From positions 2,112,001 to 2,176,000 of the forward strand of contig OZ253555.1 of NCBI GenBank assembly GCA_965262725.1: DNA of 64,000 nt. Reading direction: 5' to 3'. Below are positions 10,268 through 19,046 of this stretch, piece by piece. Below the pieces are notes generated by a model. The model ran no database searches, had not been told where the DNA came from, and saw only the letters and a program-made list of their open reading frames with translations. The translations under genes and the position numbers were made by a program. Origin of the DNA: Dehalococcoidia bacterium (GTDB lineage Bacteria; Chloroflexota; Dehalococcoidia; UBA2979). Numbering within the stretch: position 1 is the stretch's first letter; each line of letters opens with the position of its first letter.

Positions 10268-11235
10268 CGCGCAGCGCCCAGGGACTCTACTGGATGAGCC
10301 GCTATCTCCAGCGGGCGGAGCGTCTCGCCCGCCTGCTACGGCTCCAGACGGAGAGTCTGGTCGACCGGCCGCTCCCGGAGATCCACATCGGATGGGCTCG
10401 CATCTACGCGGCGATCGGACGCCACCCGCCGTCGGGCGATCTCGTCGTACTCGAGAGCGACGACTATGCCCTCGCCGACTCCTACACTCTCGCCGAAGAC
10501 CTCACGTTCGAGCCCTCGAATCCGAATTCGTTGCGCAGCTGCTTCGCGCTCGGCCGCGAGAACGCCCGCCAGATGCGTCAGCTGATCAGCGCCGAGATGT
10601 GGACGTCGCTGAACACGAGCTACCTCCGCATCCAGCATCGGGAGCTGCGCGACATCTGGGGGGGATCGCCCGAGAGCTTCTACGCGGAGACGGCCACCGC
10701 GATCAACACGTTCCGGGGCGTGGCCGCCGCGACGATGTACCGGGACGAGGGGTGGAGGTTCATGCAGCTCGGGCATCTGTCCGAGCGGGCCCAGATGCTG
10801 ACGGGGATTCTGCTGGCACAGTTCGCCACGGACAAGATGCTCGGGGAGACCTCCGAGGCCGGCTGGACCAGTCTTCTGCGCCTGTACCACGCCTTCGAGG
10901 CCTACGACGATCTGTACAGCGTCGAGATCGAGCCCGAGCAGGTCGTGGATCTCCTGGTCACGAACCCGCTGCTGCCCGGATCACTCCTGCGGACGGTCGA
11001 TGCGACCGCTGCCGAGATCGCCAAGATCGGTCGCGGCCCCAACACTCGATCCAGCGATGAGACTGAGAGGGCGGCCGGAGATCTCGCCTCGTTGGTCCAC
11101 GACGCGTGGCAGGTTCGTGACGATGCGGAGAGCGTCCTGCGCCAGGTCCACGAGGGCTCTCGGCTGGTCCACGACCTGGTGACAGCGAGCTACTTCGACT
11201 ACCCGATCGAGATTTCTCCGACGGTGACGCCGTGA
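10261..11235 (+). CDS. Alpha-E domain-containing protein (DUF403)
   Basis: LARSAQGLYWMSRYLQRAE, GRENARQMRQLISAEMW, MYRDEGWRFMQLG. Confidence 0.92.
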   Translation: MLARSAQGLYWMSRYLQRAERLARLLRLQTESLVDRPLPEIHIGWARIYAAIGRHPPSGDLVVLESDDYALADSYTLAEDLTFEPSNPNSLRSCFALGRENARQMRQLISAEMWTSLNTSYLRIQHRELRDIWGGSPESFYAETATAINTFRGVAAATMYRDEGWRFMQLGHLSERAQMLTGILLAQFATDKMLGETSEAGWTSLLRLYHAFEAYDDLYSVEIEPEQVVDLLVTNPLLPGSLLRTVDATAAEIAKIGRGPNTRSSDETERAAGDLASLVHDAWQVRDDAESVLRQVHEGSRLVHDLVTASYFDYPIEISPTVTP

Positions 11236-12107
11236 GCCAGTCAGCCCGCTACGAGATCGAGCACGTCACCCGCTACTCCTACACGTCGCCGGTGACCGAC
11301 TCCGTGCTGTCGCTCTGCTTGAAGCCTCGGGACGACGGCGGTCAACGCCTGCTGCGCTTCGAGATGGCTGCCGATCCCCATGGAACGTTCCCCGAGGCTC
11401 TGGACTTCTTCGGGAATGCGACGCACCTCCTCACCGTCCACCAGCAACACGAGGCGCTGGAGATCGCCGCCCGCTCGGCGGTGGAGCGGTTGACGCCGCG
11501 GGCGCTCCCGGAGTCGCTGGCGATGGACACCTGGACGGAGATGCGGCCCTGGGCGGAGTCGTCCGCTGACTGGGAATTCACGCATGCCAGCGCGTTCGCG
11601 CGCCCCTCCCCCGAACTCGAGGCATTCTCCCGACGCGAGGACCTCTTAGCCCCAACCGGGGACCCGCTGAGCGCCGTATCGGGGCTCACTGGTGCGCTCC
11701 ACCGGATCTTCGAGTACATGCCGGGGAGCACGTCGGCGGTCTCCCCCATCGAGCAGATCCTGGAGTCCGGCGTCGGTGTCTGCCAGGACTACGCTCACGT
11801 GATGATCGCCATCGCTCGCTCGTGGGGCGTGCCGTCACGTTATGTTTCGGGCTACCTTCATGTCGCCGACCCTGCTGACCAGCCGACGCGGGGGGAGGCG
11901 AGCCACGCGTGGGTGGAATGCCGGCTCCCCGACCTCGGATGGGTCGGATTCGACCCCACGAATCCGGGACTTGCGCGCGAGCGCTATGTCCGGCTTGCGG
12001 TCGGACGAGACTACCGTGACGTCTCGCCCGTCCGGGGCATCTTTCGGGGCGGGGCCACCGCTGAGCTCACGGTCGGCGTCGTCATGACGCCTCAGGCGAC
12101 AGGCTAG
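11232..12107 (+). CDS. Transglutaminase family protein
   Basis: YEIEHVTRYSY, GVCQDYAH, SHAWVE, GFDPTN, GRDYRDVSP. Confidence 0.95.
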   Translation: MSQSARYEIEHVTRYSYTSPVTDSVLSLCLKPRDDGGQRLLRFEMAADPHGTFPEALDFFGNATHLLTVHQQHEALEIAARSAVERLTPRALPESLAMDTWTEMRPWAESSADWEFTHASAFARPSPELEAFSRREDLLAPTGDPLSAVSGLTGALHRIFEYMPGSTSAVSPIEQILESGVGVCQDYAHVMIAIARSWGVPSRYVSGYLHVADPADQPTRGEASHAWVECRLPDLGWVGFDPTNPGLARERYVRLAVGRDYRDVSPVRGIFRGGATAELTVGVVMTPQATG

Positions 12108-12342
12108 GTCGCGCCGGCCGCGTGCCCAGCCTGAGGGCGGCAGCGTGGCCCCCGGCATCTTCCGGGTGCTTCGCCGATCGTGTGCTCGCGGTCGCTGCGA
12201 TGATCACGCATCACGACCCGGAGACTCGGATCGAGCCCGCTCTCGTCGGCGAGGCTCGCCTGGCGCGCGGCCGCGGTGACGACGCGCAGGCGCGTCTAGG
12301 TTTCGGCCTCCTACGGCTCGGGCTGGGACATGCCCGGTGTTG

Positions 12343-13422
12343 TCAGCGCGAGGGCAACAGCGACCGGAGCGACCACCGGCGGCCGTGCGAGCGCGCCTGT
12401 TGCAGGAGATGGCCAACGTGGTGGTCCTCGAGACAGCCCTCCAGCGAGTTCTCCAGCTGGAACGTGGCGTGCGAAATGCCGTGCACGTTGTGGGCAATCT
12501 CCTGAAGGCGGATGGTCAACTGGTTCGTGTCTCCCCGGTAGTCAGGGTCGAGGAGCACGTGGGCCGTGCATGCTTCGCTGTTCGACGTGATGGTCCAGAC
12601 GTGAACGTCGTGGACGAGGGTGACCCCCTCCAGTTCCTCTATGTCGTGGCAGAGCTTGTACACGTCGATGTGTTTGGGAACCCCTTCCACCAGCACGTGA
12701 AACGCTCGCTGCACCAGAGTCCAGGCGGAGAACAGGATCAACACGCCGATGACGACGCTCAGCAACGGGTCGATGAACTCCCATCCGAAGGCAATGATTA
12801 GCAGGGCCGAAATGATCATGCCGGCAGCTATCAACACGTGGGACATGAGGTGCAAGAAGGCCCCTTCGACGTTGATGCTATGCCGCACTGAACCGTGCAA
12901 CACCCAAGCGCCTGCCGCGTTCACGATCAGCCCGACCGCGGCGACCACGAGGATCGGCAGCCCTTCGGGATGGGCATGAGCATCGCCGCCATGAGCGTGG
13001 GGATCTCCCCCACTGATGCGGTTGTAGGCCTCGAACAGAATGAGTGCCCCAACGACCACGAGGATGCCGACGTTCACCAGTACCGCAAGGACCTCGACGC
13101 GGTAGTAGCCCCAGGTCCGCTCGGCGGAGGCTTCCCGCTGGGCGATCAGCGTGGCGAGGAGTGCCAACGCAAGCCCGCCGCTGTCGGCAAGCATGTGGCC
13201 AGCGTGGGCCAGCAGGGCGAGGCTGCCCGCAAGCCAACCGCTGACCACTTCGAACACCATGAACCCGAAGATGAGGGCCAGCGCGACCGCGAGCCGGCGA
13301 CGACTAAGCCTCCGTAGCTGGTCAGCGTGCTCGTGGTGGGCGCGTCGTACGGCCGCGTGGCCCTGGCCAGCCTGCGCGTCTGGTCGGACTGTCCCGGAAA
13401 CTGAGTCCATCGTCGAAGACAT
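12343..13422 (-). CDS. Cation diffusion facilitator (CzcD/ZitB-like) transporter
   Basis: SLALLAHAGHMLAD, TWGYYRVEVLA, INVEGAFLHL, VHDVHVWTI; His-rich loop. Confidence 0.92.
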   Translation of the reverse strand: MSSTMDSVSGTVRPDAQAGQGHAAVRRAHHEHADQLRRLSRRRLAVALALIFGFMVFEVVSGWLAGSLALLAHAGHMLADSGGLALALLATLIAQREASAERTWGYYRVEVLAVLVNVGILVVVGALILFEAYNRISGGDPHAHGGDAHAHPEGLPILVVAAVGLIVNAAGAWVLHGSVRHSINVEGAFLHLMSHVLIAAGMIISALLIIAFGWEFIDPLLSVVIGVLILFSAWTLVQRAFHVLVEGVPKHIDVYKLCHDIEELEGVTLVHDVHVWTITSNSEACTAHVLLDPDYRGDTNQLTIRLQEIAHNVHGISHATFQLENSLEGCLEDHHVGHLLQQARSHGRRWSLRSLLPSR

Positions 13423-13720
13423 GCTCGGCAGGGTCCTTCGCTAGTGTCCGCTGTGGAGCAAGTTGAGGATGGCCGTCCCGACATCCTACGGGCGCGACTC
13501 CTATAGCTTGCCTCCGACTCGCGCTCCCCGGCACGTCGCCACAATTGCGATAAAGGCAACACCTGGCGCGAGGCCACGTGCAGGCCGCATCACGCCACGT
13601 TCGAACTCCACGCCAGGCCGCATGCGCGGGGCGCACAGCAGCCTGGACTGGCTCGCCCCGGCTGCCCAAGCCGGGGGCTGTGCGCCATCCTGAGCACCTA
13701 GCTCAGGATGGCAAAGCCCG

Positions 13721-16008
13721 CTACTCGGAAGGCGGCGGCGCGGGCGGGACCTCGATCTCGCCGCTGCGGAACCAGACGCCTTGCGGTAGTTCGGCCGGCA
13801 GCAACACGTGCGTCGGCGTGACGGCGTTGCCGTTGGCGTCGCGGAAGCCGAGCTCGATGCGCCCATCGGACAGGCGCCGTGCGCGAATCGTCCCGATCGC
13901 GCTCTCGTTCACCTCGACATCGCTGCTGACGTACCACTGGTCAACGGCGGTATCCACCGGCAGGAAGCGGACAGACGGCAAGACTTGCTGGCCGCTGGCG
14001 AGTTCCACGGCGTGCTCGACGCGGCCGTCCTCGCCCAGCCGGGCGAGGATGCGCAGCGCGTATGGCGATGGCGGTGGCGGTTCCGTCGCCGCGGGCAGTT
14101 CGGGCGCGATGAGCTGGTTGAGCTCTTGGCTACCGCCGAGCCCCAGGCGTCTGAGGAACCGGGAGTTCACCGCATCGACGCCCGCCGCCGTGCAGAGCGT
14201 CGCGTCGGTCGCCAGGCCGTGGGTCGGCAGCGCCGCGCGGAGCTCCGCGTCGAGCTCGAGCAGCCCGTCGCCGTTCTCCACACCAGCCGCTATGAGGGCA
14301 TCGCCGAGCGACGCGTCGCGGCAGGAGGCCATCCGCGCGAGGTCGGCGACCATCGCGCTGACCACGGGATCCTGCCATCCCATCTCGGCGTCGCGGGCGG
14401 CCCGCACGATCTCTCCGGCCGTGATTGCCGGCGCGAGGACGCGCTCGGCGTAGGCGAGCTCGGACTGGAGCGCGAACGCCTCCGCGAAGGAGAGCGCCTC
14501 GCCGTCCGCGACCCGCTCCTGGAGCGCCCTCCAGGAGGCGGCCAACGACCCGTACCGCGCTGCCGCCGTCTCGGCCGTCCCGAGGGTCAGATCCTCGACG
14601 GCGACAGGGCTGATTGCCTCGCCCGAGGCCAGCGCTTCGACCAGCCCGGATCCTGCGATCGCGCTCGCGTACTGCTCCGCGATCGCCCTGGTCAGGGTGG
14701 TCGACGAAGCGTTCTCGAGGCCAGCGGACATCGGCTCGGCCGCGATCGGCAGCGCACCGAGGACCGACTGCTCGAAGATGCCGTCGAGCACCAGGGAGCG
14801 CACGCCTGCCGCGTAGATGGCTCTGGCCCGCAGTGCCTCGTCGATGTCCGCCCCGGGATCGGCGAGCGATGTCACGGAGGTCGTGACGAGCCCCTCTTCG
14901 TCGGCTGAGGCCGTGACCTCGTAGGCCGCACCGTCAACGGTGGCGGCGACCGGGCCGAAGGTCGGGCCGCCCAGCACCATCAGGTTCCGCCAGATGCCGT
15001 GGAACGCGATCTCCTCGCCGGCTTCGTCGAAAGCGATGACCGCGACGAACACCCACGAAGGGCCGGGTTCGCTGAGTGTGACCGCAAACGGCGCCACCCT
15101 GGCGGTCGCGATACTCGTCGCGCTCGCTGTCTGAGCGCCGGAATGATAGGAGACGCCTGCCCGCCACAGCTCCGGCGTCGCGATGATCCGCTCGAACACA
15201 CGAGGCGCCACCACGTACAACACGACGTTGCCGGCGGCGTCAGACAGGTCGCCGCCGCCCGGATTGCCGGTGCGGTAGTGAACGGCGAAGGGCTCGCCCG
15301 CGACCACCTCGTCGGGGGCGTGGGTCGCCTCGATCTTGAGCTGGAAGCGGCCCTGCCGCGCCTCCTCATCCACCAGGTGGACCACGAGGTCGAAGTCAGC
15401 CGTCAGAGGCTGGAGGTCGCGCTGCAGATACGTCGTCGCCTCGATCAGGTAGATACCCGCCGCCAGGTATTGTTCGATGCGTGAGTTGCGGCGGCCGCCA
15501 CCGTCGTCGTTGGCGCCGATGAAGTTCCCATCGGACGAGGCCAGAGAGAGGACCGGGTCGCCGTCGACCGACGTCAGGTCGATGAGCACGCGACCCTCGT
15601 GCGGCAGGTTGAAGGAGTAGGCATAGGCGGGGTGTTCCGCGACCACGCGTGAGCCGCACGTGTCGATCGTCCAGGTGCCGGATGCAGTGAGGTCGATACC
15701 CGGCTCGAGTGTGCCCAGATGTGCCGGCTCGCAACCGGTGACGTGCTCAACGGAAAGCCTGAAGTCCGCCGCGCCGCGTCCGCGTCCGCCGACCGTCGTG
15801 GCCTCGACGAGGTAGATGCCCGCCGCCAGCTCGCGCTCGATGCGCGCGTTGAGGTTGGCGCCGCCGTCGTCGTTGTCCGTGATGCGGGTCCCGTCCTCAT
15901 TCAGGAGGTAGAGGTAGGAATCACCGTCGGTCGACCTCAGGTCGATTCTGATCCGGTCACCCTCGGCGAGTTGGAATCGGTACGTGTGCGCATCGCTGTC
16001 AATGCGAA
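13721..16008 (-). pseudogene. Large secreted protein with two PPC (pre-peptidase C-terminal) domains; 3' part, disrupted by IS1595 element
   Basis: DSYLYLL...DNDDGG..LNARIERELAAGIYLVEATT repeated twice; joins in frame to 19140-19373 (…DCDSRFRI|DSDAHTYRF…). Confidence 0.85.
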
Positions 16009-16069
16009 GGGGACTATATACAATGATGCCCCGGAGTGATAGAATAGGAGTGAAGCGAGGGGAGGGGCA

Positions 16070-17017
16070 ATGGCACGGAAGGCACCGGGACAGCACCGGC
16101 GCGCGGGGATCACCTACGTCTCCCTGGCCAAGATGTTCCCCGACGATGCCGCCGCGGAGAGCTGGTTCGTCGAGGAGCGCTGGCCGAACGGCGTTGCCTG
16201 CCCCAACGACGGCTCACTCAACGTGTTTGCCGGCTCCAAGCACAAGACCATGCCCATGCGCTGCCGCGACTGCCGGAAGCGCTTCAGCGTCCGCACCGGC
16301 ACCGTCATGGAGTCCTCCAACCTCGGCTACCAGACCTGGGCGATCGCCATCTACCTGCTCACCACGTCGCTCAAGGGCGTCTCTTCGATGAAGTTGCACC
16401 GGGATCTCGGCATCACGCAGAAGAGCGCGTGGCACCTGGCCCACCGCATCCGCGAGTCCTTCGATTCGTACGGCGCCGGCTCACCGCTCGACGGCCCGGT
16501 CGAGGTCGACGAGACGTTCGTGGGCGGCCTCGAGAAGAACAAGCACGAGCACAAGCGCCAGCACCAGCGTGGTGGCCCTGCGGGCAAGGCCCCTGTCCTC
16601 GGGATCAGGGACCGCACGAGCGGCGAGGTTCGCGCCCGCGCCGTCTCGCAGACGGACGGCGACACACTGCGCGGATTCGTCCGTGAGAACACCCGTCCGG
16701 GGTCGCAGGTCTACTCGGACGGCCACAGCGCCTACGTCCCGCTTGAGGGCGAGTACAAGCACGACGCCGTCCAGCACTCGGTTGGGACGTACGTGATCGG
16801 GGATGCCCACACCAACGGTATCGAGAGCTTCTGGTCGATGCTGAAGCGCGGCTACGTCGGGACGTATCACTTCATGAGTCCGAAGCACCTCGACCGTTAC
16901 GTGCGGGAGTTCTCAGGCCGTCACAACCAGCGCCCGCTCGACACGATCGACCAGATGCGGGCGGTCTGGCGCGGCATGGTGGGGCGAAGGTTGCGCTACG
17001 ACGAACTCACGGGGTAG
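16070..17017 (+). CDS. IS1595 family transposase
   Basis: Zn ribbon (CPND...CRDC), HTH (SSMKLHRDLGITQKSAW), GPVEVDETFVGG, VYSDG, HTNGIESFWSMLKR. Confidence 0.95.
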   Translation: MARKAPGQHRRAGITYVSLAKMFPDDAAAESWFVEERWPNGVACPNDGSLNVFAGSKHKTMPMRCRDCRKRFSVRTGTVMESSNLGYQTWAIAIYLLTTSLKGVSSMKLHRDLGITQKSAWHLAHRIRESFDSYGAGSPLDGPVEVDETFVGGLEKNKHEHKRQHQRGGPAGKAPVLGIRDRTSGEVRARAVSQTDGDTLRGFVRENTRPGSQVYSDGHSAYVPLEGEYKHDAVQHSVGTYVIGDAHTNGIESFWSMLKRGYVGTYHFMSPKHLDRYVREFSGRHNQRPLDTIDQMRAVWRGMVGRRLRYDELTG

Positions 17018-17033
17018 GAGTTACACAAAATAG

Positions 17034-17276
17034 CTAGGGGGCGGTCCATATCCGTAACAGCATCATCGTTGCCATCACGATGGTCGTGATCGAAGGGACC
17101 GCGACGGCGACCACCAGCCAGCGCGCCATGCTGAACTGACCCTCGATGTTTGCGATTTTGGTCGTTAGTGCTCCCTCGGTTTTGGCAAGGGCAGTTTGCG
17201 TCGCGAAGTAACGGCGGACCTCATCGGCGGCGATATAGCCCATGGCTTTGCCGTTGCCGTCCGGCGCGTCTGTCAT
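17034..17276 (-). CDS. Small coiled-coil protein with C-terminal TM helix (cargo)
   Basis: FATQTALAKTEGALTTKIANIEG then ARWLVVAVAVPSITTIVMATMMLL; ATGA overlap with upstream ORF. Confidence 0.65.
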   Translation of the reverse strand: MTDAPDGNGKAMGYIAADEVRRYFATQTALAKTEGALTTKIANIEGQFSMARWLVVAVAVPSITTIVMATMMLLRIWTAP

Positions 17277-17551
17277 ACCCGGACTCCTTCGATCGCGCGC
17301 AGCCACGCCCATATGCGTGTCCAAGTAGAGCCAGCGATCGGAGCCCTTACGTTTAGGACAAGCACAGGCGATCCGTTGCCTAGACGTGCAACTACATCAG
17401 CGACTTCTAGGTCGTCACCGTGGACGAAGAACACATCATCCGTGAACCGGATGTGGTCATCACCGGGGAATGCCTGAGCGATCTGCTCCCGGATCTGCTG
17501 GTTTGCGTCGGACTCATCATCGTGTAGAAGCACCACATAGGAGTTGATCAT
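17273..17551 (-). CDS. Small hypothetical protein, possible Cas2/VapD-like ferredoxin fold (cargo)
   Basis: 92 aa, MINSYVVLLHDD...IREQI...DVFFV...VLVLNV...WAWL; RBS GAGAG and TGCTACAAT promoter upstream; fold assignment is inference. Confidence 0.6.
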   Translation of the reverse strand: MINSYVVLLHDDESDANQQIREQIAQAFPGDDHIRFTDDVFFVHGDDLEVADVVARLGNGSPVLVLNVRAPIAGSTWTRIWAWLRAIEGVRV

Positions 17552-17705
17552 GGTCGCTCTCTCTTGGTTAGGCACGAGCATTCTCCCTGTGCCGCGGTGC
17601 GGGCGGGATTGTAGCAGGCGCCGTACCCCGCGACGACACCGATCACGCGCCTCAATCGATCCGAAGCGCTGCGCGAGTGTGCGGATGCGCATTCTGCACC
17701 ACGAT

Positions 17706-18161
17706 CTACCGCCAGCCGAGGAGGTCAGAGCATTCCGCCGACTGAGTACCGAAATCCAACTCCCCGCCGCCGTTGTAGTAAGAGGCAGCGTACAGACCGA
17801 CCTGCTCCGCTGCCCCTCTCGTGTAGGTGCCTTCCGACACTACCTGGGCGATCCCGCCGCTGACAGCGGTGATCGACAGTCGATAGCCGGTCCCCTGCTC
17901 GAAGCACGAGCCGTACAGCTCGGCACCCTCGGATGGCACGGCGACCTGCACGACGGTGTCGATGCCGGTGACGGTGACGGACTCGACGGGATTGGCGACG
18001 GTCACGGTCTCGACCGGGTTCGCGATGGTCACCGTGTCGACCGGGTTTGCCACCGTGACCGTCTTGTCCATGACAGACACAAGGATCATCCCCGTCAGGG
18101 CCAACTGGACCGCAACTGCCAGAGCAGCGAGCCCGAACAATATGCTTCTGGCTGTCGGCAT
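17706..18161 (-). CDS. Secreted/membrane-anchored protein with 9-aa tandem repeats (cargo)
   Basis: N-terminal hydrophobic helix; (TVTVANPVD)(TVTIANPVE)(TVTVANPVE)(SVTVTGID); RBS GAGGAGG. Confidence 0.75.
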   Translation of the reverse strand: MPTARSILFGLAALAVAVQLALTGMILVSVMDKTVTVANPVDTVTIANPVETVTVANPVESVTVTGIDTVVQVAVPSEGAELYGSCFEQGTGYRLSITAVSGGIAQVVSEGTYTRGAAEQVGLYAASYYNGGGELDFGTQSAECSDLLGWR

Positions 18162-18195
18162 GGGAGCCTCCTCGCGGAGCAGTCGGGAGTTGACC

Positions 18196-18293
18196 GCTCT
18201 GGGCAGAAGGGCCACACCAGCACCATCCCGCGAGAAGGCACGAGGTCCTCCCGGGCTGCTGAACGGCACGGGTGTTGCGGCTCTGCCCAGAGC
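18196..18293 (-). ncRNA. Putative structured RNA leader, copy A
   Basis: 13-bp closing stem GCTCTGGGCAGAG/TTCTGCCCAGAGC, two nested stems with G-U pairs, apical TCGTGCC; homologous to copy B. Confidence 0.65.
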
Positions 18294-18321
18294 TCGCCGG
18301 TAGCCTTGGCGGTGTGCCCGC

Positions 18322-18378
18322 CGTTTGTCAAGGCGGCGACGCCGCCATTGGACAAACGCCCTAGACGACCGCTAATCT
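18322..18378. promoter_or_regulatory. Divergent promoter region with palindrome GTTTGTC-AA-GGCGGCG-A-CGCCGCC-ATT-GGACAAAC
   Basis: TTGACA on minus strand; TGGACA...TAATCT on plus strand; lies between the two RNA leaders. Confidence 0.55.
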
Positions 18379-18389
18379 GCCCTCCGTAA

Positions 18390-18488
18390 GCTCTCCGCAA
18401 AGAGCTCGGACACCGGCGCGAACGAAAGCGAGCAGGGGCCTTCGTGCCTCCTTGCGGCTCGTGTCGGTGCGGCCCCTTTGCGGAGAGC
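18390..18488 (+). ncRNA. Putative structured RNA leader, copy B
   Basis: Perfect 13-bp stem GCTCTCCGCAAAG/CTTTGCGGAGAGC, nested CACCGGCGCGA/TCGTGTCGGTG, apical TCGTGCC. Confidence 0.65.
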
Positions 18489-18565
18489 GGTCTACCCCGC
18501 TTGCGCCGCAAGGGGGCTCCACGTGACCCCTCCCGGCTGCGCGCTGCCGACGCCCGCGAAGGAAG

Positions 18566-18748
18566 GTGATTCAAATGGAAGTGCTCCTGATTCTCGCGGT
18601 CTTGTGGGGGCTGCCCGTGGTGATCATCGGACTGATGGCCGACAGCCGCGGCCGCTCGCTGGCGTGGGTGATCTGGCCGCTTATGCTCGGCTGGATCGGC
18701 TGGGTTGTCGCCTTCCTGGCGCTGGTGAACCAGCCGAAGACGAAGTAG
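18566..18748 (+). CDS. Small two-TM membrane protein (cargo)
   Basis: MEVLLILAVLWGLPVVIIGLMADSRGRSLAWVIWPLMLGWIGWVVAFLAL; RBS AAGGAAGGTGA. Confidence 0.75.
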   Translation: MIQMEVLLILAVLWGLPVVIIGLMADSRGRSLAWVIWPLMLGWIGWVVAFLALVNQPKTK

Positions 18749-18839
18749 GTCGCGCCCCCACAGGTTTACGCTGACGCTCACTGGACAACCGCCATGGGGG
18801 ACGCCACACTTTCTGAGTGAAGGGCGGGAGGAGCACCCC

Positions 18840-18965
18840 ATGGGTAACGAGAAGGATCTGCGGATTCCGACGACGCCGAAGGAGCTGGCGAAGGCGATTC
18901 TGAGCACGCCTCCGAAGCGCCGCTATCCACGGGGAGCACCACCACCCGCTTCCGTCACCAGGTAG
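18840..18965 (+). CDS. 41-aa small protein (cargo)
   Basis: MGNEKDLRIPTTPKELAKAILSTPPKRRYPRGAPPPASVTR with GGAGGAG RBS; below ORF-track cutoff. Confidence 0.5.
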   Translation: MGNEKDLRIPTTPKELAKAILSTPPKRRYPRGAPPPASVTR

Positions 18966-18969
18966 GAGG

Positions 18970-19046
18970 TGGCGCCGGGGAAGGGTCTCGAACCCTCGTC
19001 TTCCCGATTAACAATCGGGCGCTCTCACCTACTGAGCTACCCCGGC
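18970..19046 (-). tRNA. tRNA-Asn (GTT), CCA encoded, inside the transposon
   Basis: GCCGGGG TA GCTC AGTAGGTGA GAGC G CCCGA TTGTTAA TCGGG AAGAC GAGGG TTCGAGA CCCTT CCCCGGC G CCA; full cloverleaf, 77 nt. Confidence 0.9.

Noticed and set aside
16009-16096. N-terminus of the 791-aa ORF (MLSRCLPC...)
   Set aside because: It is IS1595 left-end sequence; the true N-terminus is at 19140-19373
18196-18488. Twin RNAs as T-box, SRP or c-di-GMP riboswitch
   Set aside because: No T-box UGGN-ACC antiterminator, no SRP CAGG-GNRA-AGCA order, no GEMM consensus
18970-19046. tRNA as the integration site (attB) of the element
   Set aside because: It lies inside the IRs, no 3' duplicate exists at the other end, and the element has a DDE transposase with a TSD in a protein gene
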